Source: Paraphysomonas bandaiensis | Lineage: Eukaryota; Protista; Chrysophyceae | Length of the DNA: 12,606 bases | Assembly (NCBI GenBank): GCA_965644295.1 | Contig: CBFFRP010000197.1 | Span: 1 to 12,606, forward strand | Direction: 5' to 3' | In this document: positions 8,930 to 12,606 of the stretch, one piece after another | Layout of the letters: each line of letters begins with the position of its first letter | Numbering within the stretch: position 1 is the first letter of the stretch | Made by a program: the position numbers and the translations under genes | The notes under the pieces: generated by a model | Told to the model about the DNA's origin: nothing | Database searches by the model: none | The model's input: only the letters and a program-made list of their open reading frames with translations

Positions 8930-9150
8930 GCTGGCTTCCAAACTATTCTGATATATTGTACACTATACTTTAAGGCACTGCTCTGAGTGGCGATGTTGCG
9001 GTGCAAAATGATTGATTTTTGGAGGTCCACGTCGGAACAAACGCCCGGATTTTAGAAATTTGTTCCACCCTTTGCTCCACCTTTTGTTTTTTCGGATGTT
9101 GCATTTTTGGAAGTCCTCCAGTGAATCGTCTTTCGACTCAAAACACGAAA

Positions 9151-9262
9151 CTAAATTCACTGGATTAGGTATTATTAAATTCAAATGGGCATATTTTGCT
9201 TTTCTGAGTTCGGTACGATTTTCCAAATTCCAGTGGATGGACAAAAAATCCAGTGAATTTAG
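9151..9262. repeat. 16-bp inverted repeat / cluster of TCCAGTG motifs
   Basis: CTAAATTCACTGGATT (9151-9166) is the reverse complement of AATCCAGTGAATTTAG (9247-9262). A further TCCAGTGGAT lies at ~9229. Confidence 0.75.
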
Positions 9263-10541
9263 GCAAATCCAGCACTTTTTTGGTCTACCGAACGCACTCA
9301 AAATGCATGTTGTTGAAGCGTATGCCGGTATATTTTGCTTGTGGTGAGGGAGTTGTTGAAGAATTCATCACAGTCAGAATAATCCACAGAACTTATGGCT
9401 GCAATGTTTGCGGCGTGATACTGTCCGTGATACATATTTCAGAACATGTGATTTATACCGTTTCATATCTGCTCTGTTTAAGTTATATTGAAGTCTTATC
9501 TGACATGTATCATATATATATACAGTCGCATATGTTATCAATTGAAATTGGTGTTCTAATTCACAAAAGAAAGAGAACAGACAATCAACAAGAAGTTTAC
9601 GTCTGATATGATATGCATCAATGATTAGTTTATTGTAATTCTTTTTAGCTTGTTGTTAACGGTTGTGTAGAACAATTCAGGGCCAGCACCGCCATTTCTT
9701 CTAACTGTGTACATAAATCACCTCTGTTACCAATATAACTAAAACTCTATCAGAGTATCATTTAGAATTTGGCTATGCAAGATCACCAAAAGCAGAGCGG
9801 TTCAGCGAGGAGACTGATAGGTCTGAGATTGTCTTATCCATTCAGAGTATAATTTTTTCATCTTTGACTTCGTGAATGACGCTTTATTTTTGAGACCATC
9901 TCCTGTTCATTATCGACTACCTTCTGGTACCGATATCTGTGGTATGCAATATCATTCCATCCAGCATACAGTATACGATATACTTCTACGTACTGTATCG
10001 CACTACTCTTGCGTACTATACATTATACTTTACTACCTTACCTAATCCACTGGACAGTTCATATTTCCTAAATTGCTGATATTATGTATTGTTATCAGTT
10101 TCTTTAGATAATCTTCATAATTTATTTTTGATTTTAGGAATTGGAAAATATTTCTTGAATTAAGCTATGTTGAAATATTATACTGCTTATCACAATTTGA
10201 TAATTTAGATACTTTAAAATAATTTATTGAACACTGAACCCACTCAATAATCAGCTAAAATTAAAATTGTTATAGACATCTCTCAACATTCATTGTCATT
10301 CACTAAGTCTATATCGTAGATTGTCACTTCTACCAACCAATATTATCGGATCTTCGAAAGACACAATCTCATACAGTCAATATATTTAATTTTCACTAAC
10401 ATGATTCATATTCTTTTATTAATTCATGTAATACTGTCTTCAACTACAGCGTTATTCATTATATAAAAATACTTATAAAATACATCTTTTAACTCATTGC
10501 TTATTCTCAACACTTTCTTGGAAGCTTACTTTCAAAACCGG

Positions 10542-10598
10542 CGGAACAAACCGTGAAATAAACGATATTTTAGGATGATCGATTTTAGGAAGTCCGTC
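10542..10598. mobile_element. Probable relic right end of a related Harbinger element
   Basis: GGATGATCGATTTTAGGAAGTCCGTC (10573-10598) matches 20/26 positions of element D's right TIR and is preceded by CGGAACAAAC (10542-10551), identical to D's subterminal 9033-9042. No partner end found. Confidence 0.5.
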
Positions 10599-10957
10599 AA
10601 CTAATAAGTTTAAGATTTAACTAAAGTCGGTGTGATCATGAAACCTGGTAAAGTGATTTCACCAGGTTTCATATATGGAAAAGTTTCATATAAGTGCTTA
10701 TTTGAAGTCTGTATTAATATTAGTTATAACTTAGTTGTTGTATATTATCAATTATATATATTATTTTAAAAATATTTTACTAAAATACTGTATTATATTG
10801 TTACTTCTCATATAAATCTACTGTATTACTACTTATGAAAATCTCACATCAACGTAACACTACTATATATATATTATGCACAGACAACACATACACGAAG
10901 TAATAAAATGCAGACACAATATCCCTGAATTAATTACGCTTCACCGAAAACGATATT

Positions 10958-11467
10958 TTATTTGAAGTAATTCTGCAACACTAAGTTCTCGTACAAAATA
11001 TTCTTCTTTTCCGCATCATGTAATCGATGCAGTCGATCAGTTTGATCTTGCACTGTAGACATAAGCATAAAAGAATTTCGACCATCACTACAATGAACAG
11101 CTTGTTGAGGTGCAAGAGACACACCAGTATCATCACAAGCACCAAGAGAAGCAGTACGTGCCACAGGGATAGTAGGAGGTACAGGCGGTTCGGAAACACC
11201 AACAATAGATGCAGGCTGAGCAGAGGGATCGTGCTGTACAGGTGAGGGAGCCACTTCTCTGCTTGATACGATCTGCTTCATCTCGTCTCTCAACTCCATA
11301 CACATAGCCTGGGACTCTTTCAGTTGTTGCATCAACTCTTTGACGACAGCATCCTGGTGAAGGGGAGGGGGTGGATGAGGAATACCCCCATCCTGGTGGG
11401 TGGGAGGGGATGCATGAGAAATACTTCTATCCTCAATCGTGATTATGAACAACTCAGGTCTTGCAAC
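10958..11467 (-). CDS. Probable terminal exon of an unidentified gene (Pro-rich + coiled-coil segments, 169 aa)
   Basis: Open frame with coding-like GC content in AT-rich surroundings. It is preceded on the minus strand by a pyrimidine-rich tract and TTAG acceptor at 11471-11468. Amphipathic segments VKELMQQLKESQAMCMELRDEMKQI and DQTDRLHRLHDAEKKNILYENL. Upstream exons not identified. Confidence 0.5.
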   Translation of the reverse strand, partial: VARPELFIITIEDRSISHASPPTHQDGGIPHPPPPLHQDAVVKELMQQLKESQAMCMELRDEMKQIVSSREVAPSPVQHDPSAQPASIVGVSEPPVPPTIPVARTASLGACDDTGVSLAPQQAVHCSDGRNSFMLMSTVQDQTDRLHRLHDAEKKNILYENLVLQNYFK

Positions 11468-11794
11468 CTAAGATCACTGAAAAGATATGAAATGGTTGTT
11501 TATCGAAACAACAAAACAGAAAGCTATAATAATAACTCTTTAAGAAACCAACAGCCAGAAACACAAGCTCCCCTGTATCCTGCAATCTAAAGCTCCCAAT
11601 AGACAGATCAGTCAACCAACTATGTTAATTTCATAGAGAATTATTATTAAAAACTAAGTTACAAGCAAAACGAAAGACAGACCCCTAGTCTAAAGACTCC
11701 TCCTCATACACAGGACATTGAATGCAACCACAACCGTACAATATGCTCAAACATGTACTACACTACATACGATTCATATCCTACATCGTTTATA

Positions 11795-11960
11795 GTCAAA
11801 AACCCCCTGAAATACGCCTAAATAGGTCTTTTCCAAAAACCTCCGATTTTTGAGTCCCAAAAAACCCAAAAATCCCCAATTTTTGAGAATTGCAGAAAAT
11901 CGCCGATTTTCGAGCCACAAACACCCAAAAATGACAATCTTCGAATCCACAAAAATTGCA
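11795..11960. repeat. Degenerate ~60-bp tandem repeat rich in A/C/T runs
   Basis: AAAACCTCCGATTTTTGAGTCCCAAAAAACCCAAAAAT (~11836) versus AAAATCGCCGATTTTCGAGCCACAAACACCCAAAAAT (~11896), with further partial subunits. Confidence 0.6.
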
Positions 11961-12606
11961 AGCACATTTCATGACAACTGCAATCACATTTCAACCCGTT
12001 AAACATCGCCATTCCTGCGAACCAGTGTACAACAGACCTAGCCATCTATACATAGGGAAATTTTACCATCAGCATGCCTAGAACACCTATGCATCTGTGC
12101 CCAATGGCACCCTACGAATTCCTCCCCATTCCACAGAAAATCGATGGTGTGTGATAATGGGAAAATAATCGTATATCATAGTCCGGAACGATGAGCAAGC
12201 ACATAGAGCTGTTCAAAACCATCAGAAAGCTTCTCATAATGATGAATGGACTACGAATATCGCACATGCGGTACCAATCAATGTTTCCTAACTCAAATCG
12301 CTGTTACACCGACTGCTATATGGATATAGGTGTAAACCAACGGGTGGCAATCACGTAGGCCCACGAAATTGTGTGTATCACTGCTTCCTAACCCCAATCG
12401 CTGCCGTATGCCTCCTCCTAATCACGCTGGTATTACTCATCCCCCTCGAAAAGCTCGTAGGAAATACAGAAGTCGTGTCCATGATGGTTAGTAAGTCTTG
12501 TTTCGTTCCCTTTAGATCACTCTAATAATTCAATCTATCAACTACTTATAAAACTTGTTCATTCCTTCTCCATATACTATAACCGCCTATTATACCAATA
12601 TATATC

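Larger units (their letters stand above)
7841..9119. mobile_element. Internally deleted PIF/Harbinger DNA transposon, 1279 bp (element D)
   Basis: Perfect 27-bp TIRs GGAGGACTTCCAAAAATGCAACATCCG (7841-7867 / 9093-9119) and a 3-bp direct repeat AGT (7838-7840, 9120-9122). Convergent remnants of a transposase and a Myb/SANT-like gene give the diagnostic two-gene Harbinger layout. Confidence 0.9.

Noticed and set aside
6327-9119. RNA-guided nuclease (Fanzor/TnpB) cargo in the transposons
   Set aside because: No RuvC-like or zinc-finger motifs seen in any frame examined.
9600-9970. Possible decayed coding sequence on the minus strand (YAGWNDIAY..., ...RSAFG)
   Set aside because: Short frames with several stops; the resemblance to Harbinger catalytic motifs is too weak to support without a search.
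11774-12045. Three overlapping short minus-strand ORFs
   Set aside because: Arise from the stop-poor low-complexity repeat.
12284-12430. TCCTAA...AATCGCTG repeats about 99 bp apart, telomere-like CCTAACCC
   Set aside because: Only 2-3 short degenerate copies; not an array, and may be chance.

Overview
Eukaryotic genomic DNA, most likely from a stramenopile (chrysophyte-like 18S V4 signature). Left end: the 5' part of an 18S rRNA gene on the minus strand (758->1), with several lesions at normally invariant positions. About 1 kb upstream and co-oriented is an 11-exon gene (5692->1800, 1130 aa, ten GT-AG introns of 45-56 nt, reconstructed by hand). It encodes PDZ-like + PDZ domains fused to a PP2A-A/PP4R1-type HEAT-repeat scaffold. 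A perfect (TATG)53 microsatellite then borders a dense DNA-transposon cluster. A 1043-bp Tc1/mariner-like deletion derivative (AT-hook + HTH ORF) and a 352-bp MITE are stacked in tandem, separated by single TA dinucleotides, at the exact centre of what would otherwise be a perfect 106-bp palindrome. Next is a 1279-bp internally deleted PIF/Harbinger element (27-bp TIRs, AGT target duplication, convergent transposase and Myb/SANT remnants), inserted in one copy of a locally repeated AATCCAGTGAAT motif. The right third is AT-rich, with a probable relic Harbinger end, an orphan terminal exon and degenerate repeats.
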